DNA from: a virus
Lineage: Duplodnaviria > Caudoviricetes
DNA length: 24,056 bases
Direction: 5' to 3' (one strand)
IMG/VR virus record: IMGVR_UViG_3300037483_000257
Location: 1-24,056 of that record
Shown: positions 14,310-24,056 of the stretch, in pieces
Layout of the letters: each line of letters starts with the position of its first letter
Numbering within the stretch: position 1 is the first letter of the stretch
The notes under the pieces: model-generated
Database searches by the model: none
The model's input: only the letters and a program-made list of their open reading frames with translations
Told to the model about the DNA's origin: nothing
Program-made: the position numbers and the translations under genes

Positions 14310-15899
14310 TCAAGGCTTCGTGACGCTGGTGGACGATGCGGCCTTACCGGTGACGGCGGTCGTGGCCTGCGTTGCTTGGCTGACGCTCGCGGCGCTCTGT
14401 GCTCTCACCGCGGGTACGGACGGGCCGGAGACTGTGCCGGTGGCTGACGCCGTGACGGTCACCGTCAGCCCGGCCGACCCGAGGGCCCGCCGCAGACCCG
14501 TCCCGGACACAGCCAGCGCCAGCGACGCGACCCCGGCACCGATGACCCTGGGCAGCCCGGCTGCGGCCGCGGTAAGCGCCAGGACGGCCGTCCCAGCACC
14601 GGGTGTCCGGGGCTGGCCCTGCGCGGTGGCGGTGAGCGTGAGGACCGCGCCGGCGGATCCAGTCACCGGTGGCGCCCCGGTCACGCCCTGCGCGCTGCCG
14701 GTGAACGCGACCGGAGCAGACCCGCCGCCCAGGACCCGCCGGATCCCAGCCGTAGCCGCCGTGAAGCCGACACCGGCCACACCGATGCCCAGGGCCCGGC
14801 TGACCCCAGACCCGGCGCCGACGAACCCCACCGGCGCGCCGGCCTGCCCGAGCGCCCTGTCTACACCGGTAGCAGCACCGGCGAACCCCAGCGCCGTGGA
14901 CGCCACCCCGAGTGCACGATCCACGCCAGCCGCAGCCGCCGTGAAGGCCACCGCGGCAGTACCAGCGCCGGACGTCCTGGGCTGGCCCGCGGCCGCGCCG
15001 GTGAAGGCCAACGCGGCCGACGCGACCCCGGTGACCGCACCGCCACCGGCGGCGGGCTCAACCCCGATCAACGCGGCGCCGGCAGCGCTCGAGCTGGAGA
15101 TGCTCCCGCCGGACGTCGTCAGGCTGGTGCCGGTCCCCAGCAGGTAGGAGGACTGCCCGGAATCCACGTCCGCGGTCTCGGTGAACCCGGTCGGCGGGGT
15201 GTGCGTCCCGGCGCTGTCGTTGTAGACGAAGTGCAGCGCGGCTGACCCGGCGGACAGCGCGGACAGGGTCAGGCCGCTGACGGTGCCCCACGTGCCGGTC
15301 GCGCTGGTGGTGTCCGCGCCGATCGGGTCACCCGACGCCAGCGCGCCCCGCAGCGCGATCGCCTGGATCGTCGTCCAGTACGCGGAGTCGAATCCCCACG
15401 TGTACGTGCCGGAATCGGATCCGGTGAGCCGCTTCCACCAGACCGAGTTCTTGGCGACGCCATCGCCGGAGCTCCACGAGTAGGCCTGGGTGAACCCGGT
15501 CGGCGGGGTGATGGTCGGTGTCCCGCCGCCGTTCCACTGCCCCAGGAAGCAGGCGACGATGTCGCCGGACGCCACCCCGGTGGGGACGTCGACCGCCAGG
15601 GAGGACACGCTGGCGGCGTTCCCCGTGTTCGATCCGGCGACGAAGGTGATCGCCACGGGCCCCCCTGCAGCTGTAGCCGTGAAACCGACAGTGCAGGTGG
15701 CCGATCCGACGACCGTTACCCGCCCGGTCGCTGCGCCAGCCGGCCCGAACGTCGCGACCGCGGTGCCGGTGACACTGCCCCCGGCGGCCACCGAATCAAG
15801 CGCCAGCAGCGCGCCGACACTCCCCCAGGAGCCACCCTGATCGACCAGCGCGCTCGTCCGGCCGTACCCGACCCCAAGGAGCTGGCCGATCCCGGCCAC
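14310..15899 (-). CDS. Ala/Gly/Thr-rich fibre-like virion protein with ~20-aa repeats, 529 aa
   Basis: Globular beta domain (VPTGVASGDIV...ITPPTGFT...VWWKR...GTYTW) followed by repeats of the type xAxGxxRxxGxxxxxxxFT. Confidence 0.75.
   Translation of the reverse strand: MAGIGQLLGVGYGRTSALVDQGGSWGSVGALLALDSVAAGGSVTGTAVATFGPAGAATGRVTVVGSATCTVGFTATAAGGPVAITFVAGSNTGNAASVSSLAVDVPTGVASGDIVACFLGQWNGGGTPTITPPTGFTQAYSWSSGDGVAKNSVWWKRLTGSDSGTYTWGFDSAYWTTIQAIALRGALASGDPIGADTTSATGTWGTVSGLTLSALSAGSAALHFVYNDSAGTHTPPTGFTETADVDSGQSSYLLGTGTSLTTSGGSISSSSAAGAALIGVEPAAGGGAVTGVASAALAFTGAAAGQPRTSGAGTAAVAFTAAAAGVDRALGVASTALGFAGAATGVDRALGQAGAPVGFVGAGSGVSRALGIGVAGVGFTAATAGIRRVLGGGSAPVAFTGSAQGVTGAPPVTGSAGAVLTLTATAQGQPRTPGAGTAVLALTAAAAGLPRVIGAGVASLALAVSGTGLRRALGSAGLTVTVTASATGTVSGPSVPAVRAQSAASVSQATQATTAVTGKAASSTSVTKP
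14436..15042 (-). repeat. degenerate 60-bp (20-aa) coding repeats, about 9-10 units
   Basis: GAAAGQPRTSGAGTAAVAFT / AAAAGVDRALGVASTALGFA / GAATGVDRALGQAGAPVGFV / GAGSGVSRALGIGVAGVGFT / AATAGIRRVLGGGSAPVAFT ... Confidence 0.85.
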
Positions 15900-15902
15900 C
15901 GG

Positions 15903-16715
15903 TCAGCCCTGCGCGTACGTCAGATCGAACGCAACGACCCCGACACCAGTAGCGGTGGGCATCAGCACCACCCACGGCACCGAGCCATCGAACATCCGGG
16001 GGAAACCCAGGTCGATCGCGTTCGCCGCGTACCCAGCGCTGGCCAGCGGAGTGCCGACCGACGCGACGCACCGGTACGCGACCAGGTGCACGGCACCCGC
16101 GACCAGGGACGTACCGAGGGTCACCGTCTGGATCGACCGGACCCCGGTGTCCCCGGCGGCGAGCAGGAACGGCACGAGCGTGCCGACCGCAGCCGTGGCG
16201 GGGAAAGAGCCGATGGTCGCCGTCCGCCCAGATGTGCCGTCCTGGCTGGTGTAGGACATGGTCATGTTCGTGATCGCGGACCCGTTGGTGGTCGCGGTCC
16301 GCACCTCGACGGCGACCATCACACCGTCGCCGTTCACCGTCCCGTCCCGCGATCGGGCGGGCCACGCGACCGAGTTGATCGTCTGCGCGGTCGTGGTGGT
16401 GACCACGATCCCGGAGTTGTGCCACAGCCGGTCACACAGCCGGACCATCCCGACGCCTGCGGCGCAGGTCGCCGACAGCCGGGCCACGTAGATGTTCTCG
16501 CTGCCGACAGCCGCCGGGAACTCGATCTGCCCGACGTAGCTGGTGAGCGCGGCACCGGCCATGCCCGGAGCCGGGGCAGTCGCGGCACCGGGCAGCCCGG
16601 ACGTGTAGAACGTCGAGTACAGCACCCCGGCCGCCTCAGCGGTCACCGCGGCCTTGTACCCGCACACCGGGGGGAGCATCCCGGCGACCAGCCCATCTAC
16701 CGTGGTGATCGCCAT
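15903..16715 (-). CDS. virion structural protein (fibre-associated), 270 aa
   Basis: MAITTVDGLVAG start, LCDRLWHNSG and PFLLAAGDTGVRSIQ motifs, tight packing in the late operon. Confidence 0.75.
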   Translation of the reverse strand: MAITTVDGLVAGMLPPVCGYKAAVTAEAAGVLYSTFYTSGLPGAATAPAPGMAGAALTSYVGQIEFPAAVGSENIYVARLSATCAAGVGMVRLCDRLWHNSGIVVTTTTAQTINSVAWPARSRDGTVNGDGVMVAVEVRTATTNGSAITNMTMSYTSQDGTSGRTATIGSFPATAAVGTLVPFLLAAGDTGVRSIQTVTLGTSLVAGAVHLVAYRCVASVGTPLASAGYAANAIDLGFPRMFDGSVPWVVLMPTATGVGVVAFDLTYAQG

Positions 16716-16730
16716 CCGCCCCGGATGCTC

Positions 16731-17132
16731 CTACGCCGCAGTGGAGAACGTGATGTCGAGATCCCCGATGGGGATCGAAAACTCGTCCCCCACGGTGACG
16801 GCGTTCGCGGTCATCGCTCCGCTGCACAAGAACGTCCCCGCGGTCGAGGCGTCGAACAGGGACCAGTGCGTGTAGTCCTCGGACGTGTCGACCTCACCAG
16901 CGGTCCAGGTGACCGCCACAGTGTTCGTGATCGCGCCAGACGCGGCCGTGCCCATCGCCGCCGTCAGGTCCTTCCGCGTGCCATTGCCGGCCACCGCAGT
17001 CGTACCGGCCGCGCCCGGATCCGCCGTGTGCAGCTGGATCCACACGTTCGTAGGCGCGGCACTGGTGGCCGACGCATTGCAGAGCCACTCCAGGAAGTCA
17101 TTCGCGATCGTCGCCGACAGACCGAGAGCCAT
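16731..17132 (-). CDS. fibre-base-type structural protein, 133 aa
   Basis: GGAGGAGG RBS with ATG at 17132. WIQLHTADPG...THWSLFDASTAGTFL..G...VTVGD.F.IPIGDLDITF is a widespread phage fibre-associated family pattern. Confidence 0.8.
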   Translation of the reverse strand: MALGLSATIANDFLEWLCNASATSAAPTNVWIQLHTADPGAAGTTAVAGNGTRKDLTAAMGTAASGAITNTVAVTWTAGEVDTSEDYTHWSLFDASTAGTFLCSGAMTANAVTVGDEFSIPIGDLDITFSTAA

Positions 17133-17195
17133 CGATCCTCCTCCTTGTGCTGGTAACCGGATCCGAATCATCCAACAACTCGCCCGACAGGAACC

Positions 17196-17232
17196 GTGCA
17201 CCCCTGGAGCCGCCACAACCCCAGGGGTGCAC
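17196..17232 (-). terminator. 12-bp perfect stem-loop after the capsid/decoration genes
   Basis: GTGCACCCCTGG (17196-17207) pairs with CCAGGGGTGCAC (17221-17232) in an intergenic gap. Confidence 0.65.
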
Positions 17233-17247
17233 ACCACCCGACCGGAC

Positions 17248-17811
17248 CTAGCTGGCGATCACCAACGGCACAGTCGCAACCGCAGTCCCCGAAGCGATCG
17301 TCGCCGGCGCAGTCGTCGTCAACGCCGACCCAGACGTCTGCGCCAAGACCTTCTGACCGGTGATCACCGCCGCCGAGTCGGTCGCGTCATCCACAGCCAC
17401 GCCGGCCAGCGTCGGCACAGTGGTCGCCTTCACCATGATGGCCGCGTAGTAGATGCCAGTCGTGGCCACCTTGTAGGCGGTCGCCAAAGCCACCGTCTTC
17501 GTGGTATCCGCAGCCCACGCCGTGCTGGTCTGGTCCGCGGTCTGCCCGATCAACGCCGGAGTCGTACTGGTGTCGTACAGCGCGAACCACCAGTTCGTCG
17601 GCGTGCCCGCAGCCGTCCCACCCGACCTGAACGTCAGGTTCGTGACCGTGTCACCGGCCTCCAAGTACAACGCTGCCGACAGCATCACCTGCGTCGTCAA
17701 CGCCGACAGGTCACCCTGCACGTCCATCCGGCGCATGTTCTTCCGCAGCACCGCGGCACCGTCATGCCAGAACGCCAGATCGGCTCCCGGCCGGCTCTGA
17801 GGGTTGCTCAC
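17248..17811 (-). CDS. probable capsid decoration/spike protein, 187 aa
   Basis: Thr/Ala-rich beta protein (WWFALYD, TGIYYAAIMV), two genes after the MCP and before the hairpin. Confidence 0.65.
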   Translation of the reverse strand: MSNPQSRPGADLAFWHDGAAVLRKNMRRMDVQGDLSALTTQVMLSAALYLEAGDTVTNLTFRSGGTAAGTPTNWWFALYDTSTTPALIGQTADQTSTAWAADTTKTVALATAYKVATTGIYYAAIMVKATTVPTLAGVAVDDATDSAAVITGQKVLAQTSGSALTTTAPATIASGTAVATVPLVIAS

Positions 17812-18092
17812 TTCTCACCATCTCCCTGACCCGCGCGACGGCGGGCCGTGGTCGTCTGACGCGCCTCACCAGGCGCGGCAGTAGCTGTCTCCACAGCAGC
17901 AGTCACCGACTGCGGCACCGACTCCTGACGGGCCACCTGCACCTCGACCGGCTCGAACAGGTCGCCGTGCGTCCGCAGAATCGGATCGTCATCGCCGACA
18001 AGCCGGCCCGCCGCATACACCATCGGCCCGGTCCCGGTCTGGACGGCGAACCCGCCCTTACAACGCTGCACCACGGTCACACCTCTCTTCAC
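17808..18092 (-). CDS. small post-capsid protein, ~94 aa
   Basis: G.LV.DDDPILR.H.DLFEP...VETATAAPGE.R pattern typical of the gene after an actinophage MCP. GTGA overlap. Confidence 0.75.
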   Translation of the reverse strand: MKRGVTVVQRCKGGFAVQTGTGPMVYAAGRLVGDDDPILRTHGDLFEPVEVQVARQESVPQSVTAAVETATAAPGEARQTTTARRRAGQGDGEK

Positions 18093-18105
18093 GCACCGGG
18101 TGTGA

Positions 18106-19617
18106 CTAGGTAACGTTCAGCAGTCGGAAAGCCCCGTCATCCACGGAGTCCGAACCGGTGCGGTAGTAGGCGTACACGCCGCGGGACCCGGTGGGCCGCC
18201 CGTTCGCGCCGAACAGGTGCGGGATCGGCTCGATCGAGAAGCCGATCCGGTCGGTGATCACGAAGTTGGAGAAGTCGCCATCAATGAGCATGTAGTTCTC
18301 GGCGCCAGCGTTGATGACGCCGTCCATGGCCTCGGACCGGTAGGCGCCCTGACCGACCAGGGTCGGCGGCAGGCCGTTGCCGAGGGTCTCCCACAGAGCG
18401 GCACCACCGCTGGTGTCGAACTGGCGGACCAGGTTGTACGTCTTCCGGTTCGCCAACCAGCTCGCGTTGACCTGGTGCCGCTCGGGCAGTGCACCCTCGA
18501 GCTTGTAGATGTCGGCGACGGCGAACGTGTCGGTGGTCGTCGAGGTGACGATCACCGTGGGGGACGACGCGACCAGCGCGGTCACGATCCCGGTCGGCTG
18601 ACCCGAACCGCTCCCGGTCGCGAACGCTGACCCCTCGAGGGTGTTCTTCCCTGCCGCGAGGATCCGGGCAATCTCCGTCGATGCGTTGGCCATGTCCTGC
18701 AGCGACTCGATGGAAGCGGGGATGAACCCGGCGCCCTTGTAGTTGGGGATCGACGGCTGCCCGACGACCGGGGTGTCGTCGGAGACCTGCTCGCCTTCGG
18801 CGTCCCACGACCAGGACGCTTCCGCGGCCGAGACACCGTTCCAGACGTCGCCGGTGGCGACGACCTGCCGGGCCACCTGCCGGATCCCCGAGTACGTGCC
18901 GGCCGAGGTGATGATGACGGTGGGGTCCAGCTGGAACGGGACCAGGTACCCGCCGGACGCGTCGGTCAGCGACATGGCCCGGTCCAGGATCTGCCGCTCC
19001 TCCTGGGTCATGCCCTTGTCCCGGCCGGTGATGACCTTCGACCAGGCACGCAGGTACTCCGGGCTGGAGGTGACCAGGACCATCTTCGCCAGGGTCGCGC
19101 TGCGGTCGTCCCAGGTCTCCAGGATCGCGGTGGCCGCGGAGCGGACCTTGTCGTTGGAGTTCGGCATCTTCTCGATGGCGGACAGGGCACGGGCGCGCAT
19201 CTCGGCGCCGACCTCGTCCTGCGACCGGCCGAACGTGCGGACCTCCGTGAGGTCCCACGGGTTCCGGAACCGGGCGCCCTCGATGCTGTCCGGCTCAAGG
19301 ATCGCGTCACGGTCGAAGTCGCCGACCCGCTCGACGAAACCGCGGTCCGCGGCGTCGCGCGCGGCGTCCCGGCGGCCCTCACGCGAAGACACCGACAGCG
19401 CCTCGCGTGCAGTCTTGATCCGGGCGGCCTCCGCGGCCCGCTCCAGGCCCTTGCGGTGCTCGTCGACCTCGTCGAACTCGCGGGTCAGGTCCGCGAACGC
19501 CGTCTCGTCCTCCGGGGTCAGCGGGCCCTTGACGCCCTTGCCCTGCAGCCGCTCGACCTCATCGTTGATGTCCTTCAGGCGGATCACCGCCTGGCTGTGG
19601 GTGAGTTCCACGCTCAT
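18106..19617 (-). CDS. HK97-fold major capsid protein with N-terminal delta/scaffold domain, 503 aa
   Basis: ATGA overlap at 19614-19617. Coiled-coil N-terminus, then SGGYLVP, W.AEG, F.TGSGSGQPTGI, GDFSNF.I.DR and AFRLL. Confidence 0.93.
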   Translation of the reverse strand: MSVELTHSQAVIRLKDINDEVERLQGKGVKGPLTPEDETAFADLTREFDEVDEHRKGLERAAEAARIKTAREALSVSSREGRRDAARDAADRGFVERVGDFDRDAILEPDSIEGARFRNPWDLTEVRTFGRSQDEVGAEMRARALSAIEKMPNSNDKVRSAATAILETWDDRSATLAKMVLVTSSPEYLRAWSKVITGRDKGMTQEERQILDRAMSLTDASGGYLVPFQLDPTVIITSAGTYSGIRQVARQVVATGDVWNGVSAAEASWSWDAEGEQVSDDTPVVGQPSIPNYKGAGFIPASIESLQDMANASTEIARILAAGKNTLEGSAFATGSGSGQPTGIVTALVASSPTVIVTSTTTDTFAVADIYKLEGALPERHQVNASWLANRKTYNLVRQFDTSGGAALWETLGNGLPPTLVGQGAYRSEAMDGVINAGAENYMLIDGDFSNFVITDRIGFSIEPIPHLFGANGRPTGSRGVYAYYRTGSDSVDDGAFRLLNVT

Positions 19618-20507
19618 CGGTTCAGTCCCTTCTGGGTGTTCTCGATGACGACCCGCTTGGACTTCAGCCACCCGTCCATGCGGTGGCGCAGCCCTGCGGG
19701 CTCGTCTGCTGTCACCGAGTGCTCCCCGGCCGCCTGGTCGCTGCCGGACGGCCCCTGGCCTTCGGGGTGCCCGGCGGGCGCGGCGGTGGATCGCGGCCCA
19801 GCCTTGCTACTGCTCGTCCCGTCCGCGGCGTCCACCATCAGGACGGCGCGGGCCAGGAGTGCTCTGGTGTCCGGCTCGTTCAGCCGGGACAGGTCGATCA
19901 CAGTCGGCCCGCCGTCGCGGACACCGACCGTCGTCTGTTCGTAGGCGGGCCACACGACCGGGCCGACCTCGGACAGCTTGACCTCTTGGATGGTCCGCAG
20001 CAGCAGCCCGTCGTCCGACGGATGCCACAGCATCTCCATCACCTTCTGCATGTCGGTGATCTTCTTACCGGCGGCGTCGGTCCACGACTCCCGGACCACG
20101 CTGAACCTGAAACTCATGCCGTCGATGGACCCTGCTGCGATCGCGTCCCGGACCGGCTGCACCAGCCAGTTGTCCAGGAGCCGGCCGATCACCCGCAGGC
20201 CCTGGTCGTCCTCCGCCGGGTAGCCGTCGTCGAACGCACCGATCGGAATGCTGCCGATGAGCGGGTGCCGGCCGTGGTCGAACTGCATCCGCGGGGTCCG
20301 CTCCCGCAGCGACTTCTTGAACGCGCCGCGGGCGATCTGCTCCCGGAACGTGCCTTCCCAGGAGTCGATGACCGTCTGGGCGTCGAACACAGCCCCGTAC
20401 CCGTCAAGGGTTAGGCCGTCACCGTCGGCCGGGTCGCCCATGGCACGGAACGTCGCGGTACGGACCAGATCATCACGGACGATCTCACGAACCGCAGTCA
20501 CCGTCAT
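19614..20507 (-). CDS. HK97-type prohead protease
   Basis: LDGYGAVFD, FREQIARGAFKKSL, QFDH, GMSFRF and L.EVGPVVWPAYEQT motifs. Confidence 0.93.
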   Translation of the reverse strand: MTVTAVREIVRDDLVRTATFRAMGDPADGDGLTLDGYGAVFDAQTVIDSWEGTFREQIARGAFKKSLRERTPRMQFDHGRHPLIGSIPIGAFDDGYPAEDDQGLRVIGRLLDNWLVQPVRDAIAAGSIDGMSFRFSVVRESWTDAAGKKITDMQKVMEMLWHPSDDGLLLRTIQEVKLSEVGPVVWPAYEQTTVGVRDGGPTVIDLSRLNEPDTRALLARAVLMVDAADGTSSSKAGPRSTAAPAGHPEGQGPSGSDQAAGEHSVTADEPAGLRHRMDGWLKSKRVVIENTQKGLNR

Positions 20508-21928
20508 CCGGCCTCTCCCATCTCATCGCCGACGCTGCGCGCCGCGGCAGTGGCGGAGGCCGGCGCCCCGGTCTCCGGGCGCTGCAGCTGCACCGAGTAC
20601 AGGCCCGAGTGCTGCAGCAGCGTCACGTCGTAGCTGGCCGCGACGCACGCCTTCGCCGACTCCGGAGTGAACCCGGCATCGGTGTAGTTCCTGATGATCT
20701 GCGCGTCCCGGAACGCCACATCGGCAGTGTCCTTCGCGTCATCCCGCAGGAACGCGACATCCCGCAGATCGGTCCACAACCGTGCCGGGGTGAACGCCCG
20801 CCCGCGCCCGGGCTGCGGAGGCGGGAACAGCACCTCCAGCGAGCCGGCCAGGTTCCGCCATGCCGGCCGCAACGCCCCGTCCGACGTTGACCGTTTCGCC
20901 GCCGTGTAGTTCCCCGCGTTCAGCGAGCTGCCCTGCATGCCCTCGGAGAAGCCCAGGACCACCGGGTGGATCCCGGCGGCGTTCGCGATCCGCGTCTCGC
21001 CCTTCCCGACCACGCCCGAGAAGTCCATCTCGACCATGTCCTTGCCGATGACCGTCACATCCGCGCCGCCAGCGACGTACAGGGTTCGTCCGGCGTTCGC
21101 CGCGCCGCGGTGCTTCTCCTCCATCGCCTTCTTGAACTCGCGGAACTGCTCGATCGTCACCTCACGCGGCATGCTCACCGCAAGGTTCGGTGTCGCCGCG
21201 TTCTCCAGGAACGCGCTCTTGTGCGCGGTCGCCTGCCCGTCGGCCTGGATCTCCCGGATGATCGGCGTCAGCCACGACATGCCCCGCCATGTGGCCTTCC
21301 CGTCCGGCAGGGGCGCGAAGTGCGCGACCTCATCCGGCAGGAACACCACCGGATCCGCACCCGATGACCGGCCACCCTGGTAGAAGGCGTAACCCAGCTT
21401 CTCCCAGCCGACCGCCCGGACCTGCCCACCGACGCGCAGCAGCCGCTCCTGCAGGACGATGTCAACCCAGTCCGGGCGCAGCAGGACGATCTCCGTGTCA
21501 GCTCTGGCCGCGAACGCGTTCCCCGCGAAGTCGGCATGCAGGACCATCGACGCGATCAGATCACCCGTCGTCCCGCCCGGCCACGGATGCTCCAACAACT
21601 CCAGGTCGGCCGAGGAGAACAGGTCACCCGGTCGGCCGTTCAGCATCCGCTGGAAAAGGAACCTCGCCTCGGACAGAACCCGCATCCGGAAACCCTCGAC
21701 AGCCGCGACCGGCGGGCACCCGTCCATCCCAGCCTGCAGCAGCGCCGTGAAGTCCCGGCCAACCGGCTCGGCCGGGTTCTTCCCGTACGTCGTCACCACG
21801 GGGCCCGCGCCGGGGATACCACCGAAGGCAGACCCGCCGAACGTGAAACTCACATCCTGCACGAACTGCTGCAGGCTGTACCGCTCCTCAACCTGCCGGC
21901 CGGGGATCAGCGCCGCCAGTGCACGCAC
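20504..21928 (-). CDS. HK97-type portal protein
   Basis: GNAF, LRPDWV, EVAHF, GMSWL, FLENAATP, GAANAGRTL and IANAAGIHPVVLG motifs. Confidence 0.92.
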   Translation of the reverse strand: MRALAALIPGRQVEERYSLQQFVQDVSFTFGGSAFGGIPGAGPVVTTYGKNPAEPVGRDFTALLQAGMDGCPPVAAVEGFRMRVLSEARFLFQRMLNGRPGDLFSSADLELLEHPWPGGTTGDLIASMVLHADFAGNAFAARADTEIVLLRPDWVDIVLQERLLRVGGQVRAVGWEKLGYAFYQGGRSSGADPVVFLPDEVAHFAPLPDGKATWRGMSWLTPIIREIQADGQATAHKSAFLENAATPNLAVSMPREVTIEQFREFKKAMEEKHRGAANAGRTLYVAGGADVTVIGKDMVEMDFSGVVGKGETRIANAAGIHPVVLGFSEGMQGSSLNAGNYTAAKRSTSDGALRPAWRNLAGSLEVLFPPPQPGRGRAFTPARLWTDLRDVAFLRDDAKDTADVAFRDAQIIRNYTDAGFTPESAKACVAASYDVTLLQHSGLYSVQLQRPETGAPASATAAARSVGDEMGEAG

Positions 21929-22111
21929 TCAGCGCCTCCCCTGCTGCTTCGGACCACGAGCCGCGAAGAACGCCACCACATAGCCGGCGCACACCAACTC
22001 CGCACCGCCGGTCACAAGACCAGCAGGCAGAGACCACAAGCCGACACCAGCAGCGACCAGCGACAGACCGGCCAGGACGACGACCGACGCGAACACGATC
22101 AACCAGCGCAC
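21929..22111 (-). CDS. small 2-TM membrane protein between terminase and portal, 60 aa
   Basis: LAGLSLVAAGVGLWSLPAGLVTGG pattern. Fills the TerL-portal gap exactly. Confidence 0.75.
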   Translation of the reverse strand: MRWLIVFASVVVLAGLSLVAAGVGLWSLPAGLVTGGAELVCAGYVVAFFAARGPKQQGRR

Positions 22112-22114
22112 CAG

Positions 22115-23611
22115 TCAGTCACCCCACTCCACAACCGGGACCGGGGCCGGGACCGACTCCGCGACACCGAGCGCCCACGCCGCCTCCGTCACCGCCACGA
22201 TCGGGGTGATATCCGAATCAAGCTCACCGTCGGACGTGAACACCCACCCGCGTTCCGATCCGACGTTCCGGCGCCGCGCCGACGTCAACGCCGCAGTCAC
22301 GATCGGATCACCGACATGCACCACGCCGCCATCCACCACGGCCCGGTGCAGCGCACCGGTCGCCTGCACGGCCTCCCGCAGCGACATTGGCCGCACATCC
22401 CAGCCGGCCCGCTGCAAGTCCAACACCATCGCCCCGGCCGAGCTGGCAGGGTTCAACGCCACCGACGCGCACCTGTACCGATCCCGCAGCTCGGCCATCC
22501 GGTCCAGCACCCACGCCGCGCCAGGCCGATGCTCGATCAGCGACAGATGCGCCCTGCCATCGGCCCGCCGCGACGCCCCGCCGATCGCCGCCGACCGGAA
22601 CCCAGGAGCAACCGCCAACGCAAGCAGCGGCCGCGCGTTCGGCCGCTCCAGCCCGGGCTCAGCCCGCGACAACCACAGCTCCACAGTCAACGGCACCAGC
22701 CGGCCAGCATCATCAGCCTCATCCCACAGGCCTAGCCGCTCCCGCCCGAACTTATCCGGCAACTGCACCAGCGACCGACGCTCGTTCTCCACATACGCCC
22801 GCGTAATTCCCTGCGTGCCGTCCTCGCGGTAGATCTCCCACGCCGGGTTCGACGCCGCCCACAGCGACCGGTCGTTCAGCGCGCACGCCTCATCGGCCAG
22901 CTCGTGATGGCAATCCGGCGGGCACTCCACCCGGCCGCCCCACTCCAGGTAGCACAAGCTCGCGTCACCGCCCGCCCGGCCGCGGTCCCGCAGGCCCCGC
23001 AGCTGCGACGACGCCGTTTTCCCGGCCGACGACGTGTAGACCAGCTGCGCCTCACGCTGAGTCGACAGGGTCGGCAGCATCGCCGCCATCTCCTCAGCGG
23101 AGATCGCGAACGCCTCATCGAGGATCAGCTTCCCCGACGTGAACCCGATAGCCGACTTATCCGACCGGGCCACGTACCGGAGCCGCTGCCCTGACGTCAG
23201 CTCGATCGCCTCGTTACCGGCCGCCGTAGTGACCTTCTCGACCCGCCGGGCCAGGTGCGGCGCCGACTGGATCAGCGCCCGCAGCCGGCGGAACGCCTCC
23301 GCAGCCGTCTTGAACTCATGCGCCGAATGCAGAATCAGCGGCGCCTCAGTCAAGTACAACCACGCTAGAGACAGCGCCTCCAACACGCTGCCCTTGCCGT
23401 TCTGCCTCGGCACGATCAGGCACGCCTCGAACGCAGACGGCCGACCATCGTCATGCTCGCCGAGGATCTGATCCAGCGCGTACACCTGCCACGGATCCAG
23501 CATCAGACCAGCTGACGCCGCCAGGTCAACAGCCTCGGCCCCGAACGACGACGCGGCCGGCGGCGACCAGCCGAACGTCGGCAGAACCAGATCAGCCGCT
23601 ACGTCGGGCAC
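22115..23611 (-). CDS. terL: terminase large subunit
   Basis: LDPWQ, Walker A VPRQNGKG, Walker B LILDEA, YTSSAG, W..SNP, RERLG.W and DI.P.VA motifs. Likely start GTG at 23611 after GGAG. Confidence 0.93.
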   Translation of the reverse strand: MPDVAADLVLPTFGWSPPAASSFGAEAVDLAASAGLMLDPWQVYALDQILGEHDDGRPSAFEACLIVPRQNGKGSVLEALSLAWLYLTEAPLILHSAHEFKTAAEAFRRLRALIQSAPHLARRVEKVTTAAGNEAIELTSGQRLRYVARSDKSAIGFTSGKLILDEAFAISAEEMAAMLPTLSTQREAQLVYTSSAGKTASSQLRGLRDRGRAGGDASLCYLEWGGRVECPPDCHHELADEACALNDRSLWAASNPAWEIYREDGTQGITRAYVENERRSLVQLPDKFGRERLGLWDEADDAGRLVPLTVELWLSRAEPGLERPNARPLLALAVAPGFRSAAIGGASRRADGRAHLSLIEHRPGAAWVLDRMAELRDRYRCASVALNPASSAGAMVLDLQRAGWDVRPMSLREAVQATGALHRAVVDGGVVHVGDPIVTAALTSARRRNVGSERGWVFTSDGELDSDITPIVAVTEAAWALGVAESVPAPVPVVEWGD

Positions 23612-23990
23612 GACGCCGCTCCAACAGGTCATCGACCACGTCAGCCTGCCTCGCCGCACCCTGCAACGCCCTGATCATCGACTCCGCGTGTGCCTTCACC
23701 AACGCCGCCGCACCCTGCGCGGTGTACTGCCCGGCGTCGATCAGACGGGCCAGCCGAAGCGATACGACCCCATCCGGTGAACCCTCGCGGCCGGCAGCAG
23801 ACAACTCCACTCCCGTTGCCGCCTCGACGTCACCAGGACCCCGCTGGCCACCGCCGGGCAGCAGAACGGGTTCGACCTTCGGCTTCCGCGGCGGGCTGCA
23901 TCCCTCGCAGTAGACCCTCCGCGAACCGAGCGGCCGGGAGAACTTCCGATGACACGCAGGCTTCTGGCAGGTTCGCCGCTCCGATGCCAC
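23592..23990 (-). CDS. probable terminase small subunit with N-terminal Cys4 Zn-finger
   Basis: Directly upstream of and overlapping terL. C...C..(RVY)CEGC, LRLARLID and DVVDDLLERRRARR C-terminus typical of actinophage TerS. Confidence 0.7.
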   Translation of the reverse strand: MASERRTCQKPACHRKFSRPLGSRRVYCEGCSPPRKPKVEPVLLPGGGQRGPGDVEAATGVELSAAGREGSPDGVVSLRLARLIDAGQYTAQGAAALVKAHAESMIRALQGAARQADVVDDLLERRRARRSG

Positions 23991-24056
23991 CGGCGATCAC
24001 CCCCAGTGACGGACGGCCATTCATTGCCAGGCGGACCGTAAGTAGGCGAGGGCTGT

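Noticed and set aside
4541-23913. Many long plus-strand and alternate-frame ORFs (e.g. 14320..15147, 16086..17156, 18281..19258, 21536..22735)
   Set aside because: These are shadow ORFs of high-GC coding sequence. They are Arg/Pro-rich or antisense mirrors overlapping well-supported minus-strand genes.
23991-24056. cos/pac site upstream of the terminase
   Set aside because: Too little sequence and no recognisable signature.

Overview
High-GC (~70%) actinobacterial siphovirus segment, mostly encoded on the minus strand. Read right to left, it carries an HK97-type late operon: TerS-like, TerL, portal, prohead protease, major capsid, a head decoration/fibre cluster, head-tail connector, tail terminator, tail tube, a split gp10-like gene, tail chaperone with probable -1 frameshift, a short tape measure, two tail-tip genes, a PIG-L deacetylase, endolysin and two membrane/holin-like genes. 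The operon ends in a 37-aa ORF missed by the ORF track (4015..4128) that looks like an orphan FxSxx-COOH RiPP precursor, coupled to the holin through a duplicated TGATG junction. Next comes a short plus-strand accessory block (own promoter, unknown protein, RHH protein, DUF2510 membrane protein) and a doubly deleted tyrosine-integrase remnant with no repressor gene. A Cro/Xis-like HTH gene then leads small early genes, ending in a DUF6745-like protein with a 12-bp VxGQ tandem array. Family assignments come from motif recognition, not database searches.
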